DNA of 64,000 bases, from assembly GCA_022813865.1 (NCBI GenBank), contig JALDZX010000008.1, positions 310,001 through 374,000 on the forward strand. The letters are read 5' to 3'. The notes beneath the pieces are model-generated. The model saw only the letters and a list, made by a program, of their open reading frames with translations, was not told the origin of the DNA and made no database searches. Origin of the DNA: Xylographa opegraphella. Taxonomy: Eukaryota. This document shows positions 62,631 through 64,000 of the stretch, piece after piece. Positions within the stretch are counted from its first letter, which is position 1. Every line of letters starts with the position of its first letter. The position numbers and the translations under genes are program-made.

Positions 62631-64000
62631 TCAGGACCTTACAGGGCGGGCTTGAGGTTCAAAACACTGTCTCACAAGCCCCTTTAGAGAATGCTCCTGA
62701 TCCCATACCGCTTTGCTTCTATATCCGCACCAAGAGTTCTCCTTGCCGCACACTGATCTAATGGTAGCGCACCTGAATATATACGCCGCAACTATCGTTC
62801 CTGACCGTAAATTATGCTTTCCAGATCCGGAGCCGGAGAATCCCCTACCCCGACATTTTCCCACTTCAAGACCTCCTTTATATGCAGTATTCCAAGACCG
62901 TCGAACCACTCCACGTTCATCTGGCTCGAATACTTCGCTGGATCGCTTCCGATCCCACGACTGGTCGATCTTACGATGGTAGGTCTGTCTTATCCCGATG
63001 ATTCGGGGGCACCAGAGGAGTTTCCTCCTGCGACTGCCTCGGTAAAAGTCCCAGAAGCGCTGGGATGAAAGAAGACCGATCTGTCTCATGGCCACAACGT
63101 ACAGCGTTCGAGAGCCTTTGGGTAGCCGTTTGGCGCCCCATGAAAACTCCGTCCCGGCGTCCCAATGGGGCCATTTGACGGAGAGGAGCGGTGCCATGGC
63201 GGAGAGGTCTTTACCCCATAGAAGGGTAGCGCCGTATACTTCGGTTTCCCACGCCCGGCCCAGCTCGGCCACGCGTTGGCCGCACCAGAAGGCATTCCAT
63301 GGGGGTTGGTCCCGCGTTGCCCTTTCAACGACATGGGCCATCTCGTGGCCAAGCACATTAGCCATCTTGAACTCGATGCGCAATGTCGCGCTGATGACGC
63401 TTGGCGTCTGTGGTAACTGTCGAAGGCGCCGAAGCGGCTTCCAGAAGATGGTCTCGTGCATGACGACGTCGCAACCATGGCCCACCACGACTCTTGAGTT
63501 CTTAGTGGTAAATTGGAGGCGTCGGTGCTTCTGATAAATTGTGTAGCCTTCAGCAGATCTGTTGTCGGAGAACCTCAGCTCTAATTGCTTGGCCATTATA
63601 TCAAGTGCTGTAGCATACTCTGTTCGAACATCTTTGATAGACTGATCTGGCACCTGGTAGGGGTTGGTTTTGAGAATTTTTGGATAAAATTTCTCCCAGT
63701 ACTTGTCAATGGTGAACTCTCGGTCAGAATTGATCAGAGAATAAAAGAACACGAAGCTGGCTTCAGAGTCGAGGAATGCGGAAGTGGGCCGCAGAGCAGG
63801 TTTGATGATTTCCCAGTCTTCGTCTTCCAGGTCCTTCTATCTTTCGCGTTTGAGTACAGTATGGATTTCATATGTCATGTCATTAGGGGCTGGGTTATCC
63901 AGATCCCAGTAGCCACATCTTTTAAGCTCCTTTACCGTCATCTTCTTTACCTTGGTATTTCGTAAATCTACCAGGGTACCGAAATTGGATGAATCACTAC
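62631..64000 (-). CDS. Hypothetical protein with an HEXXH motif, interrupted by one in-frame TAG; the frame stays open to the window edge
   Basis: VLGHEMAHV and AELG.AWE..VYG motifs. The same frame upstream reads MTVKELKRCGYWDLDNPAPNDMTYEIHTVLKRER*KDLEDEDWEIIKPALR, with the TAG at 63839-63837. Confidence 0.6.

Overview
Gene-dense genomic DNA from a filamentous ascomycete (Pezizomycotina; short GT-AG introns with CTRAC branch sites, and a lichen-fungus affinity is only a guess). Most of the window is ordinary housekeeping genes: Rsm1/C3HC, MET22, MRPL6, KAR5, ICP55, a SIRT5-type sirtuin, PEP carboxykinase, PAN2, an Ego1/LAMTOR1-like gene, PRE9, a WW/FF protein, a ZNF830-like protein, BYE1, GPI16, LUC7, NMNAT, UFD4 and a MARVEL-like protein. 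There is also a Ser/Thr-rich secreted protein, and there are disrupted lineage-specific genes at the right end. The stand-out feature is a non-coding array at about 19.86-21.05 kb with six copies of a 59-60 bp structured core. Read on the minus strand, each copy has an AT-rich element at a fixed distance upstream, a terminal stem, a T5-T7 run and a downstream B-box-like motif. This looks like a tandem family of RNA polymerase III small RNA genes with a tRNA-minihelix-like fold that I cannot assign to any RNA family I know. Gene spans include introns; exon boundaries were inferred by eye.
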